From: an uncultured Methylomirabilota bacterium
GTDB lineage: Bacteria; Methylomirabilota; Methylomirabilia; Methylomirabilales; 2-02-FULL-66-22
Reading direction: 5' to 3'
NCBI GenBank assembly: GCA_963845565.1
Contig: CAWJSJ010000002.1
Span: 2,670,713 to 2,734,712 of the forward strand
DNA: 64,000 nucleotides
Within the stretch, counting starts at the first letter, position 1; every line of letters starts with the position of its first letter. The notes beneath the pieces are model-generated. The model searched no databases, was not told the DNA's origin, and worked only from the letters and a program-made list of their open reading frames with translations. Shown in pieces: positions 1 through 9,569 of the stretch. The position numbers and the translations under genes are program-made.

Positions 1-366
1 GACCCCCAGGCAGACATGCCCCGGCGGATCCCCATACCGGTTACCCGCCGGCCCCGTCGCGCCGGTCTCGCCCAAGCCCCAGGTTGCGGAGAGCTGCTGC
101 CGGACCGTGCGCGCGAGAAGCAGCGCATACGGTTCGGTTGCCGGTCGGAGCCCGGTCAGCGCCGCGCTCGGGAGGTCCAAGAACACGCCACGCGCGGCGT
201 ATGTGTACACGACCGCGCCGCCGAGGAAATAGGCAGACGCCCCCGGCACGGCGAGCAGGGCGGCCGACAGCAGCCCGCCGGCAGACGATTCGGCGACCGC
301 CACGGTCTCGCCCCGCTTCTTGAGCAGGGCGGCCACCTTCTCGGCACAGGGTACCAGATCCTGCAT
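1..366 (-). CDS. CinA C-terminal / PncC (NMN deamidase) family protein, truncated by the window edge
   Basis: Manual translation from ATG at 366 (RBS GGAG upstream): MQDLVPCAEKVAALLKKRGETVAVAESSAGGLLSAALLAVPGASAYFLGGAVVYT...GLGETGATGPAG. The AES-x-GG, PGAS-YF-GG-V-Y and TG-xGP motifs are typical of the CinA_C domain. Not in the ORF track because it runs off the window. Confidence 0.85.
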   Translation of the reverse strand, partial: MQDLVPCAEKVAALLKKRGETVAVAESSAGGLLSAALLAVPGASAYFLGGAVVYTYAARGVFLDLPSAALTGLRPATEPYALLLARTVRQQLSATWGLGETGATGPAGNRYGDPPGHVCLGV

Positions 367-608
367 GGGGGCTCCTTTTCATGGACGAAAGACCGCGAGC
401 GGCGCTCGATCGATACAACAGGGATCGCAGGCTCGATCTGTCGCGGGACGAGCCCGAGCCGCCCGACCTCCGTCGTTCTGGACGGTTGTGTATCGGAGAT
501 CCGCGCGGGAGCCTACCCAATCGCTTCCCTGATGTCAATTGACGGACGATCCGAGAACGAACCGAGAGTGCGGCGGCTCGCTCCGGCCGCCCGAACCCTC
601 CCCTCCTG

Positions 609-636
609 TTGACAGACAGAGCGGATTCGCTATAGT
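609..636 (+). promoter_or_regulatory. Candidate sigma70 promoter for the PilZ gene
   Basis: TTGACA-N16-TATAGT in an intergenic gap. Confidence 0.6.
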
Positions 637-783
637 GCGTCCTTAAGGGGTCATGGCGGCCAGAACCCGAGCGCATCGAGATCCGGAAGTCCGCCGTTGT
701 GCGGGTCGGATGACCGGCATTCGGTGCACCGGGGCGGCCGTCGGGCGTTTGGCGCACCGGAGAGAATCGTCGGAGGCGTGGGC

Positions 784-1491
784 ATGCCAACAGGAACGGG
801 CGGGCGGACGTTGCCGCGGTATCAAATCATTCTTCCGGTGTCGTATGACGCCACACCCGATGGGGCTCCCGCGCCCAGGGAAGGCTCCGGCTGGACCCGC
901 AACCTGAGCGACACGGGTGCGTGTCTGGAGCTGAACGAAGCGGTTCCAGTCGGTACCACGCTCCGTCTGACGCTCCGGGATGAAGGGGGTGCGGTGGCGC
1001 TGGAGGCCCGGGTGATCTGGGTTGGCCATCCCCGCGTCCCCGCGGGGGGTATCCTCCACGGAGTAAACTTTGGGGACCTCACGCTGCACCAGCGACTCGT
1101 CCTGCCGACCCTCTGCCGGCGCCACACCGGGTTACGGGTGCAGGCGACGCGCATCCCCGCGGCGCTCCCCGCCATGTGCCGGCCACTCGGGGCGGCCGGG
1201 CCGCCTCTCCGGGGCTGGACCGGCGACCTCGGCCGTGAAGGCTGCCTGTTGCTGTTACCGGAGCAGCTCGTCGTGGGGACGCTGATCGCGGTCACCCTCA
1301 CCACGCCGCGGGGCGACGTTACCGCCGAGGCGACGGTGGTGTGGGGCGAGCCGGCCGTCCAGGCCGTGTTGCGTCAGCTCACGCGGCACGGCGTGCGGTT
1401 CATCGAGGCCCGCGCGCTCCAGGACACGCTCGTCGCCATGCTTCGGGAGGGGTCTCCGGCAGGCGGGGCGGCCACGCTGCCGGTTGCGTGA
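784..1491 (+). CDS. Tandem PilZ-domain protein (putative c-di-GMP effector)
   Basis: Two PilZ-like repeats: RTLPR...NLSDTG...ARVIW and RVQATR...DLGREG...ATVVW...HGVRF. ATG 784 follows GGAGG. Confidence 0.8.
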   Translation: MPTGTGGRTLPRYQIILPVSYDATPDGAPAPREGSGWTRNLSDTGACLELNEAVPVGTTLRLTLRDEGGAVALEARVIWVGHPRVPAGGILHGVNFGDLTLHQRLVLPTLCRRHTGLRVQATRIPAALPAMCRPLGAAGPPLRGWTGDLGREGCLLLLPEQLVVGTLIAVTLTTPRGDVTAEATVVWGEPAVQAVLRQLTRHGVRFIEARALQDTLVAMLREGSPAGGAATLPVA

Positions 1492-1736
1492 CACGGCCGG
1501 CCCTGGCAGGAGCGCCGACGGTCTCCCCGACGTCTCTCCCGCCTTGCGAAAGCTCCCGCACCACTCCCACCCGTCAATGGTGAGGCTCTCAGCTCGACAG
1601 GCAACCGCGCGTGGCTCCCCGGGTTGTTCCTCACCACGAACTCGACCGCAGATCGCGGGGCGATCCTGCGGCATGGCGGAAGCGTGCGGCGTCCGTCGGC
1701 CGTGAGGCGCCACCGGCCCTTCCGCCACGGCCGACC

Positions 1737-1765
1737 TTGACAAGCCCGACCCCCTGGCCTACGTT
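1737..1765 (+). promoter_or_regulatory. Candidate sigma70 promoter for rtcB
   Basis: TTGACA-N17-TACGTT, about 28 bp upstream of the rtcB ATG, with strong SD sequences (AAGGAGG). Confidence 0.55.
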
Positions 1766-1792
1766 GGCGGTATGCGAAGGAGGTGAAGGAGG

Positions 1793-3241
1793 ATGACCCT
1801 TCCTGTCGAGCGCATCGATGACTACCGCTGGCAGATTCCGGCGGGCAGCAAGCCGGGGATGAAGGTGCCTGCGATTATCTTTGCCGACGAGAAGCTGATG
1901 GAACAGGTCAAGGGCGACCTGTCCCTGGAGCAGGCGGCTAACGGCGCCACGCTGCCGGGTGTGGTCCGGGCAGCGTACACGATGCCGGACATCCATCAGG
2001 GGTACGGTCTGCCGATCGGCGCGGTGGTGGCGATGCGGACGGATGGCGGTGTCGTCACGCCGGGCGGCGTCGGTTATGACATCAACTGCGGCGTGCGGCT
2101 CCTGCGTACGGACCTCACCAAGACCGAGGTCGTGCCGCGGATCAAAGAGCTCGTGAACACGCTCTTCGCCGAGATCCCGAGCGGGGTGGGGTCGCATGGC
2201 AAGGTCCGTCTGACGAAGGAGAACCAGATGCGGCCCCTCGTGGAGGGTGCGCGCTGGGCGGTACAGGAGGGGATGGGCGAGCCGGAAGACCTGGTGTTTA
2301 CCGAGGCGGGCGGCTGCATTCCGGGGGCGAACCCCGATGCGGTGAGCCACAAGGCGTACGAGCGCGGACGCGACCAAGAGGGCACCCTGGGGTCCGGGAA
2401 CCACTTCGCAGAGGTGCAATTCGTCGACCGGATTTACGACGAGGACGCGGCACAGGCGTTGGGCTTCTTCCCCGGTCAGATCACGGTGCTCATCCACACA
2501 GGCTCCAGGGGGTTCGGCCATCAGGTGTGCACGGATTATCTGGCCGGCATGGAGCGGGCCGTCAAGAAATACGGAATCCAGGTGCCGGACAGGCAGCTCG
2601 CATGCGCTCCGTTCGATTCCGAGGAGGCTCAGGCCTATCTCGGGGCCATGCGCGCGGCGGCGAATTACGCCTGGGCCAACCGGCAATGTCTGACGCACTG
2701 GACGCGCCAGGTCTTCGAGCGGCTCTTCCGGAAGTCCCCGCGGGATCTCGGCATGTGCGTGGTCTACGACGTTGCCCACAACATCGCCAAGGTCGAGGAG
2801 CACCAGGTCGGAGGCCGGTCCATGCGGCTCGTCGTCCACCGGAAGGGGGCGACACGAGCCTTCCCGCCGGGGCACCCGGAACTCCCGGAGCGGTACCGAG
2901 CCGTCGGGCAGCCCGTCCTGGTTCCCGGAGACATGGGGCGAGCGTCGTTCGTCCTGGTGGGGACGAAGGGCGCCATGGACGAGACGTTCGGGAGCACGTG
3001 CCACGGGGCCGGTCGCTTGTTGAGCCGGGCGGCCGCCATCAAGGCGGCCCGCGGTCGGGCCATCGAGCGGGAGCTCGAGGACACGCACGGAGTCTATGTC
3101 CGGGCGACCGGTCGTGACTCTGTGAAAGAAGAGATGCCCGAGGCCTACAAGAACGTCCAGGACGTCGTCAGTGTCTGCCATAACGCCGGCATCTCCAAGA
3201 TGGTTGCCAGACTCCGACCGCTCGGCTGCATCAAGGGGTAG
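1793..3241 (+). CDS. rtcB: RtcB RNA-splicing/repair ligase
   Basis: Motifs MPDIHQGYGLPIG, VGYDINCG, GTLGSGNHFAE, HTGSRG, HNIAK, HRKGATR, STCHGAGR, EEMPEAYK and C-terminal IKG. Confidence 0.97.
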   Translation: MTLPVERIDDYRWQIPAGSKPGMKVPAIIFADEKLMEQVKGDLSLEQAANGATLPGVVRAAYTMPDIHQGYGLPIGAVVAMRTDGGVVTPGGVGYDINCGVRLLRTDLTKTEVVPRIKELVNTLFAEIPSGVGSHGKVRLTKENQMRPLVEGARWAVQEGMGEPEDLVFTEAGGCIPGANPDAVSHKAYERGRDQEGTLGSGNHFAEVQFVDRIYDEDAAQALGFFPGQITVLIHTGSRGFGHQVCTDYLAGMERAVKKYGIQVPDRQLACAPFDSEEAQAYLGAMRAAANYAWANRQCLTHWTRQVFERLFRKSPRDLGMCVVYDVAHNIAKVEEHQVGGRSMRLVVHRKGATRAFPPGHPELPERYRAVGQPVLVPGDMGRASFVLVGTKGAMDETFGSTCHGAGRLLSRAAAIKAARGRAIERELEDTHGVYVRATGRDSVKEEMPEAYKNVQDVVSVCHNAGISKMVARLRPLGCIKG

Positions 3242-3500
3242 GGCGCACAGCGCAACCGTAGAGCGTGCGGGGCGTGAGGCGTGACGGGTGAGGGGAGCGG
3301 GCCACAGACGGCAGAGAGGGTAACGGCGGGCGTGGGCCGTGACTGAGATACTCAAATTCATTGCCGATCTGGCGGCCACGATTGCCGGCTGGGTCAGGAT
3401 CCTGCGGTAGCGGTCGGCGCGCAGAACGCGAGAACGTGGTCGCCGTGCCGCGTTGTGCCGCCATCATGCGTCGTGCGCGGCTGGGGAAGAGGTGGACCGG

Positions 3501-3809
3501 ATGGGAGCCCTGGTGAAGGTCGCCCTGGTCTCGGATCTCGCGCCGGGGCAGGGGAAGACCGTGGAGCGGCGGGGCGTGGCCATCGCGCTCTTCAACGTCG
3601 ATGGCACGTTTCGCGCGATCGGGAACGCTTGTTGCCACCACGGGGGGCCGCTGGCCGAGGGGGAGCTGACGGGGACGATCGTCGCCTGCCCCTGGCACGG
3701 GTGGCGGTTTGATGTCGTTACCGGGTCGACGCTCCGGAATGCGGAGATCGGCGTGCCCACCTACCGCGTCGAGGTGCGAGGCGACGAGGTGTTCGTCGAA
3801 TTGCCCTAG
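3501..3809 (+). CDS. Rieske [2Fe-2S] ferredoxin (NirD/dioxygenase-ferredoxin type)
   Basis: CxH (CCHHGGPL) and CPWHGWRFD motifs; ATG 3501 after GAGGTGG. Confidence 0.9.
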   Translation: MGALVKVALVSDLAPGQGKTVERRGVAIALFNVDGTFRAIGNACCHHGGPLAEGELTGTIVACPWHGWRFDVVTGSTLRNAEIGVPTYRVEVRGDEVFVELP

Positions 3810-3904
3810 GGATGCAAGAGGGCACACTCCCCAACCATCACGCCGGTGGACGTCTCACCGGGCGGCGCATACGGGTCGTGGATGCGGAAAGAGCGCGCGC
3901 GGAA

Positions 3905-4108
3905 TTAGGCGCTCGGGTTGGCCTCCACCTCGGCCGGGGATGCCGGAGCCGGGGCGGCAGGGGCAGGCGCGGGGGTTGGGGCCTCGGCCTTGCGCCGGGT
4001 CTTTGCACTGCCGCTGGCGCTGGCCGCGATGGCGGCCTGGCGGCGGATCTTCAGGCGGTCCTGACGGCGCTGGCGCCGGCGTCGAATCTCGGTTTCCTTT
4101 TCTCGCAC
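3905..4108 (-). CDS. Small Arg-rich protein with Ala/Pro tail (resembles DUF6800-type proteins)
   Basis: GTG start preceded by AAGGAGG; sequence EIRRRRQRRQDRLKIRR; two upstream TTGACA-type promoter candidates. Confidence 0.6.
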   Translation of the reverse strand: MREKETEIRRRRQRRQDRLKIRRQAAIAASASGSAKTRRKAEAPTPAPAPAAPAPASPAEVEANPSA

Positions 4109-4161
4109 GAAATGCCTCCTTGTCGAATCTGTTTCGAGTGTGCCGGGGCAACGAGGGGCTA

Positions 4162-4259
4162 AGGGTAATCAGATACGGCCGCGCTGTCAATCAATTAGCC
4201 CCCCAGTCCCGAGTCGTCGACGGCCATTCAAAATACGCGAAACCGTTCGCCGGTGTCAA
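4162..4259 (-). promoter_or_regulatory. Two tandem sigma70 promoter candidates upstream of the small basic ORF
   Basis: Minus strand TTGACA-N17-TACCCT (4190-4162) and TTGACA-N18-TATTTT (4259-4230). Confidence 0.45.
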
Positions 4260-4373
4260 TCCCGCTCAGTCAAAGGTTCGGCTTTACCGGCATTGGCCCG
4301 AAGGGGTCTTTGGGTCCGTTGCAGGCGGACCGGGGACGACGGCTCGTGCGCCTACCCGTCAGCGGCACCCCCC

Positions 4374-4874
4374 TCACCAATCCTTATAGCTTTCCGCCTT
4401 GATCCCAGGCAGTGTCTTGAGGGGCTTGTCCTTGCTCTTGCTGTGCACATCCTCGATCCCGGACACGGTTCCGGTCCGATCCGCGAGCAGTTTCAGATCC
4501 CAGTCCGCCTTGCCGGTCATGGGGTCGGTGTACAGGCGGCGCAGGTACCGGCGGGTCTGCAGCTGAGTCCGGTCCTCGAGCAGCTCCTTGAGCTCCTTGG
4601 GAAGGCGGTTCTTGTCGGCGCGATAACGGATGATGCCGCGCCGGATCTCGGACAAGCGGAACAGCAGCTCCTCCTCCTTCTCCCGCTTGATCTGGGTCGT
4701 CCAGAGCTCGGCCACGCCGGCCGTCGCCACGCCGATGACCAGGATGCCGGCGAGTAACATGGGAAACACGATGCCGCGGGGGGGTCGGCGGGCCGCGGGC
4801 CGCGGGCCGCGAGCCGCGAGCCGCGGTGTGGCGCGGGAGCCGAGGAGGGAGAACCCCGGATGACTGCTGCACAT
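4374..4874 (-). CDS. Minor pseudopilin-like type II secretion protein
   Basis: Prepilin-like site RG|IVFPMLLAGILVIG, then REKEEELLF...YLRRLYTDPMTGKADW, typical of the last gene of this T2SS-like operon type. Start uncertain. Confidence 0.75.
   Translation of the reverse strand: MCSSHPGFSLLGSRATPRLAARGPRPAARRPPRGIVFPMLLAGILVIGVATAGVAELWTTQIKREKEEELLFRLSEIRRGIIRYRADKNRLPKELKELLEDRTQLQTRRYLRRLYTDPMTGKADWDLKLLADRTGTVSGIEDVHSKSKDKPLKTLPGIKAESYKDW
4788..4822. repeat. Heptamer tandem repeat inside a pseudopilin leader
   Basis: (GCGGGCC)x3 followed by (GCGAGCC)x2; a related degenerate array lies at 5275-5324. Confidence 0.8.
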
Positions 4875-4887
4875 CAAGCGTGTGACC

Positions 4888-5283
4888 TCACCAGTCCGCG
4901 TATCGCGAACCGTCCCGCGCCGTCCTGTCGGAGCCGCTTCGCACGTCGTACACGCCCGCCGATTGTCCCTGCTCGTCCGTCGCCGGGACGAGGACCCAGG
5001 TGTCCGCCGAGCCGGTGACCGGGTCCTTCGGAACCTGACGGATGTACCCCTTCTCGACCAGTTCGCTGAGCGAGGCGGGATACTTGGTATTGTCGGCATA
5101 GAACTGATCGATGACGTCGCGGAAGATGAACAGGTTCTCCTTGAGCGTGGCCTCTTTGGCGGCCGTGACGGCCCGGTTGAAGTTGGGCTGTGCCAGTGTG
5201 ACCAGGATGCCGATGATGGTGATGACGATCAGGATTTCGATGAGGGTGAAACCGCGTGAGGAGATCCGCGGACGACGAGCCAC
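4888..5283 (-). CDS. GspG-like pseudopilin
   Basis: G|FTLIEILIVITIIGIL N-methylation motif; IDQFYAD..KYPASLSELVEKGYIRQVPKDPVT. Confidence 0.9.
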   Translation of the reverse strand: MARRPRISSRGFTLIEILIVITIIGILVTLAQPNFNRAVTAAKEATLKENLFIFRDVIDQFYADNTKYPASLSELVEKGYIRQVPKDPVTGSADTWVLVPATDEQGQSAGVYDVRSGSDRTARDGSRYADW

Positions 5284-5366
5284 GAGCCAGCGAGCCGCGG
5301 GCCGCGGATGAGGAGCCGCGACACGAGTGATTACGACCGGCCGGCGACCGACGGGGCGTGGCGGAC

Positions 5367-5855
5367 CTACCAGGTGTCATATGTCGTTCCATCGAGGGCG
5401 ACCGCCTTGCTCGCGCTGCGGATGTCGTAGACATCCTTGGCGTCCGAAAGACTGGATTCGGGGTTGTCGGAGAAGGACCGGACGACCCATTTTCCGTCGG
5501 CGGTCATCGGATCGCGGGGGACGCGCCGGAGGATCTTGGTCTCCGCCAACTCGTCCAGCGTGAGCGGATACCCCGTCCGATCCACCGACACCTTCCGCTT
5601 GAACACGTCGCGAGCGTCCCGCACGTTGGTGCGGGCCTTGTCGTACTCCGCCTTGAACTGGTCGATGCCCTGGCGAACGCTCCGCAGGCTTCGGCGAAGT
5701 TCAAGCTCCCGCGTTCGGATCGCGGTGACCTGCGCAAGCGGCAAGGCCACCCCGGCCAGGATCCCCAGCACCGCCACGGCGACCAGCAACTCGATGAGGG
5801 TGACCCCGCTCCGCCTCCGCCGCCGGACGGGCCTCATCTGTGTGCACGCTTCCAT
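5367..5855 (-). CDS. GspG-like pseudopilin
   Basis: G|VTLIELLVAVAVLGIL; GYPLTLDEL...LRRVPRDPMT...DVYDIRS. Confidence 0.9.
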   Translation of the reverse strand: MEACTQMRPVRRRRRSGVTLIELLVAVAVLGILAGVALPLAQVTAIRTRELELRRSLRSVRQGIDQFKAEYDKARTNVRDARDVFKRKVSVDRTGYPLTLDELAETKILRRVPRDPMTADGKWVVRSFSDNPESSLSDAKDVYDIRSASKAVALDGTTYDTW

Positions 5856-7816
5856 CAGGGTCGCGGGCCGGGTCCGGATGCCCCCGGCGCGCCCGGGCCG
5901 CCGGGTTGTCCCGACGGCTGCGGCGTGGGCAGTGCCGGACGAGGCGGCGCCACCACCCCACCGGGGGAGGCGGGCGCCGCCGGCCCGAAGCTATCCGCCG
6001 TTCCCGACGTGAAGCCCTGGATGTCCGCGTCGGGGCGGCTCATAGTCTTCACGATCCGGGGGGTCAGGGAAATCATGACGTCGGTCCGGCTCCGCTGCTC
6101 GTTCGGGCTCATGAAGAGTCGTCCGAGGAGGGGGAGTTCGCTCAGGAGGGGCATCTTGCTGTTCGCGACGGACGCATCCTCCTGGTAGAGACCACCCAGG
6201 AGGCGGGTCTCGCCGTTTCGCACCTTGATGAACGTGTCCAGGTTCCGCGTGTTCACGGGCGGCAAGAGATTCGCGCCCGGGACGTCGGCAATGGCGGGGC
6301 CGATGGCACTGATCTCGAAGTTGATCTCCACCGTGACCTCGCCGTCCAGGTGCACGGTGGGAGTCAAGGTCATCTTGAGGCCCAGGTCCCGGTACTCCAC
6401 GTTGGTCTGTGTGGTGGTCACGGCACCGGTCGCGGTGCCCGGCGTCGTCCCCGTACCCGTCCCAGTGGAAACCGAGGGCACGCTACTGATCGAGGATATC
6501 AGGAACGGGCGTCGCTGGCCGATGAGCAGGCGCGCCTTCTGCCGGTCGAGGATCCGGACGGTCGGGTTCGCCAGCACCTTGGTGGTCGAATCGTTCTTGA
6601 TCAGATTCATGATCAGTGTGGGGCTGGTGATGCTGACGGTGCTTCCCCGTTGGATGAAACTCACGAAACTTGATACGGGAATGTTTTGCGGGAAGTTGAG
6701 GGTCACCGACAGCGTGCGGGGCGAGAAGTCGAGCCCGAGGTTCTGCGCCGCGGTGCGGTCGACCTCGAGGACTTCCATGTCGATCTCCACCTCTCCCACG
6801 CTCCGGTCGTTGGCCTCCAGGACCTTCCGCGCCAGCTCGATCTTCTCCGGAGTCTCCCGGACCACCAGGGCGTTGAGTTTCTCGTTCACGAACACCTGAC
6901 GGGTGTTCAGGATGGTCCGCAGGAGATTCACCGCCACCTTGGCGTCGGCGTCGGTGAGATAGAAGGTGTGCACCGCCAGATCGTCGTACTGTTGTCGCTT
7001 GCCCGGGTTGTCGGGGACCACGATCACCGTGTTCTCCGCCGCGCGTCTGGCGAAGAGGCGGTTGGAGGACAGGATCAGGATGAACGCCTCGCGCAGCGGT
7101 ACGTCCTTGAGAAAGGCCGTGATCCGCTTCGGTTGGAGCGACTCGTCGGTGACGATGTTCACACCGGCGGTCCGGGAGATCACCTCCAGGACCTCCTTGA
7201 TATCCGTGTCCTTGAACCGCAGGGTCACCGGTTTGGCGGAGAAGAGCTGCTGCGCCGCCTTCTCGGCGTCGATTTGGATCGTGGATGGGGGCGCCTCGGC
7301 GGCCACCATGGCCGCCAGCTCCTTCTTGAGGGCCTTGGCCTCGGCGTTCTCGGAATCCAGCCGCAGGACCGCCTGGACTTCATTCCGGGCGGGACCCCAC
7401 TCCTTATTCGCCATCCGTTCGCGCGCCCGCTTCAGGCGGTCCCGGATTTCGGTCGCGCGGCCGATCCGCTCCAACCCCACCAGAGCCAACTGGTTCTCCC
7501 CGTTGTAGGTCAGGGCGCGGCGGTAGGCGGCGGCGGCGTCTTCCAAGCGGTGGATCTGCTCGAACTCGTTGCCCTGGCGGACATATTCCTGGGAGGCCAC
7601 CCAGAGTGTTCGGGCAAGACCGATGCGGGCCTCCAGATTCCGAGGATCGTTCTTGGTCGCCTCCTGGTAGAACTGGATGGCTTCGTCCCAGCGTCCCTGC
7701 TGGGCCAGTTCCTCACCGGGCAGCGTGGGCAACTGCAGGGCGCAGCCGGCCAGGAGACCTCCCAGGAGGAGCGGAAGCGCCAGCCGTCGGATCTCACGGA
7801 GATGTTGAGTCGTCAT
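5855..7816 (-). CDS. Lipoprotein secretin with N-terminal TPR repeats (GspD/PilQ family)
   Basis: Lipobox LLAGC, TPR-like helices, STN/N domains (LRFKDTDIKEVL), secretin core (VLANPTVRILD, YRDLGLKMTLTP, VRNGETRLLGG, PLLSELPLLGRLF). Start placed at ATG 7816. Confidence 0.92.
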   Translation of the reverse strand: MTTQHLREIRRLALPLLLGGLLAGCALQLPTLPGEELAQQGRWDEAIQFYQEATKNDPRNLEARIGLARTLWVASQEYVRQGNEFEQIHRLEDAAAAYRRALTYNGENQLALVGLERIGRATEIRDRLKRARERMANKEWGPARNEVQAVLRLDSENAEAKALKKELAAMVAAEAPPSTIQIDAEKAAQQLFSAKPVTLRFKDTDIKEVLEVISRTAGVNIVTDESLQPKRITAFLKDVPLREAFILILSSNRLFARRAAENTVIVVPDNPGKRQQYDDLAVHTFYLTDADAKVAVNLLRTILNTRQVFVNEKLNALVVRETPEKIELARKVLEANDRSVGEVEIDMEVLEVDRTAAQNLGLDFSPRTLSVTLNFPQNIPVSSFVSFIQRGSTVSITSPTLIMNLIKNDSTTKVLANPTVRILDRQKARLLIGQRRPFLISSISSVPSVSTGTGTGTTPGTATGAVTTTQTNVEYRDLGLKMTLTPTVHLDGEVTVEINFEISAIGPAIADVPGANLLPPVNTRNLDTFIKVRNGETRLLGGLYQEDASVANSKMPLLSELPLLGRLFMSPNEQRSRTDVMISLTPRIVKTMSRPDADIQGFTSGTADSFGPAAPASPGGVVAPPRPALPTPQPSGQPGGPGAPGASGPGPRP

Positions 7817-7871
7817 GCCTGTGCCTCGCCGAGATGAAACCGTGTGAGTCGTTGACCAACATCGGCCGCCC

Positions 7872-8474
7872 TCATTGCGGCGCCCGTCCGGGTGCGCTGG
7901 GAGGACGTGGCGCCGCCGCCCCTGCGGCGGGCGTCGAGAGATCGAGACGGGCCTGCTTGTCCCCGGAGGGGGAGGTAAGGAGCACGCTCTCATCCTGCAC
8001 CTCCGCGACGCGAAAGCGTCCGGACAGCATGCCGCCTACCGGCACGGTATGCACCTCCTGCCCCTGGACGATGAACGCCGTGAGCACGTCTCCCGAACGC
8101 AGAAACCCGACGTACCGGAGCTGCTTGACCTCTTCCTGGAACGGGTCCGGCGGCGGGGGCACGGCTAGCGCAGCTCCAGGAGCCGCCACGGCCTGAGGCG
8201 GCGGTGGGGGAGGCGGCGGTGGGACGCTGAAGATGTTCTGCACCTCCGACGGATACGGGGCGCGCGGAAGGTTCGCGAGCTCCGCCTTGAGCCGCGGGAT
8301 GTTCGCCGACGGGCCCGCGGTGGCACGGACGGGCCGCGCACCGGTCTGGGGTGGCGGCGATGTCCCCACGGGCTCGTCGGGTCGGTGCAGGCCGAAGATC
8401 AACGCCCAGATCCCCACCAGCGCCGCCAGGATCAGGACCTTCATCCGCGCAGATCGCATTGTCGCCGCCATCAT
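7872..8474 (-). CDS. PilP/GspC-position accessory protein (N-terminal TM, Pro-rich linker, beta domain)
   Basis: Single TM, poly-Pro linker, LRYVGFL...AFI...G...FRV beta domain; lies between pilO and the secretin. Confidence 0.65.
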   Translation of the reverse strand: MMAATMRSARMKVLILAALVGIWALIFGLHRPDEPVGTSPPPQTGARPVRATAGPSANIPRLKAELANLPRAPYPSEVQNIFSVPPPPPPPPPQAVAAPGAALAVPPPPDPFQEEVKQLRYVGFLRSGDVLTAFIVQGQEVHTVPVGGMLSGRFRVAEVQDESVLLTSPSGDKQARLDLSTPAAGAAAPRPPSAPGRAPQ

Positions 8475-8475
8475 C

Positions 8476-9000
8476 CTACTGCAAGTACATCCCCAGCTGC
8501 AGCTGTACCTGCAAGTTGGCCGTGCCCTTGAGCTCTCTTAGTGCCAATCGCTCGATCACCAGAAATCGGCGCATGCCTTCCAGTTCGTAGAGATACCGCC
8601 GGATCGTCTCGTAGGGCCCCTCGACGCCCAACTGCACCGTGACCTTGGTGAGGCCTGCCTCCTTGGCCTGGGTGGGCCGGTAGTCCACGTCCGGGACTTG
8701 CAGGGCGTGCGACCGGGCCAGTTTGGTGAGCCGGCCCATGAGTGCCACCAGCTCCGCCCGGCGGGGGAACCCTTGCGAGAATTCCTCGACCTCGCGCATG
8801 GCGGTCAGGAGGGTCTCGCTGGACTGTCCCTCGCGCTGGGCGCTGCGAACGTTGCGCTCCAGTCCCGCGATCCGCGTCTCGATGTCAAGGCGCGCCTGGC
8901 GGGTGGGCTGGAGCAGAAAGACCAGGACCCACAGGTTGGCCGCCAGGAGCACGAGCAACCCACCCCACGCCCATGCGGTGCGGGAAGTCAGGGGCATCAT
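8476..9000 (-). CDS. pilO: PilO/GspM-like inner-membrane protein
   Basis: TM, coiled coil and the VEGPYETIRRYLYELE motif. Confidence 0.8.
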   Translation of the reverse strand: MMPLTSRTAWAWGGLLVLLAANLWVLVFLLQPTRQARLDIETRIAGLERNVRSAQREGQSSETLLTAMREVEEFSQGFPRRAELVALMGRLTKLARSHALQVPDVDYRPTQAKEAGLTKVTVQLGVEGPYETIRRYLYELEGMRRFLVIERLALRELKGTANLQVQLQLGMYLQ

Positions 9001-9569
9001 CGCGGGCGTTCCTGGTAGATCAGGTTCACCGTGAACTCCAACACCTCGGGCCCACCCGCAGCGGATTTCCGCGCCGTCTGGCGGAGGAGGAACACGTCAC
9101 GGAAGCCGGCACGCTGTTCCAAGCCGTTCAGCAGCTTGGTGAGGTCCTCGAAGGTGCGCGCTTCGCCGCGCAAGGCGACTTTCCCCGACGGCAGGTCGGG
9201 GCGGATCTCGCTCAGCGTGACGCCAGGCGGCACGGATCGCTCCAGCTCGACCAGCAGGCCAATCCACGAGAAGGTGGAGGCCTCGAGGATCTGATTGTAG
9301 GCGGCCACCTTGGCCTCGTACTGCTTGACCGCCTCGGCGGGGACGCGCGCCCGGACGGCGCGCGCCTCTTCCTGGTGTCGCCGAAGCGCACCTTCCATTT
9401 CCCCCAGCCGTGCCTCCACGACTTGAACCTCGCGCCGCTGGGCGGACCACACCACAAGCTGGATGGCCAGCGCGACGATCAGAATCGCGCCTGCCGCAAC
9501 CGCGAAGACGACGCGCCGCCGGCTGCGGGCGAAATCGGCGGACGCCAGATTGAAACCCGCGATCACCAT
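8997..9569 (-). CDS. pilN: PilN-like protein
   Basis: FNLAS N-terminal motif, TM, coiled coil, W..LLVELERSVPPGVTL...LRGEA...LLNGLE...FRDV; start overlaps the pilM stop. Confidence 0.85.
   Translation of the reverse strand: MVIAGFNLASADFARSRRRVVFAVAAGAILIVALAIQLVVWSAQRREVQVVEARLGEMEGALRRHQEEARAVRARVPAEAVKQYEAKVAAYNQILEASTFSWIGLLVELERSVPPGVTLSEIRPDLPSGKVALRGEARTFEDLTKLLNGLEQRAGFRDVFLLRQTARKSAAGGPEVLEFTVNLIYQERPR

Noticed and set aside
640..783. c-di-GMP riboswitch in the PilZ leader
   Set aside because: No GGCAAAC...GAAA...GACGCAAA (GEMM-I) signature.
3380..3425. SRP RNA-like GTCAGG...GGTAGCGG segment
   Set aside because: It lacks the GNRA-capped CCGGAAGG helix-8 core; a chance similarity.
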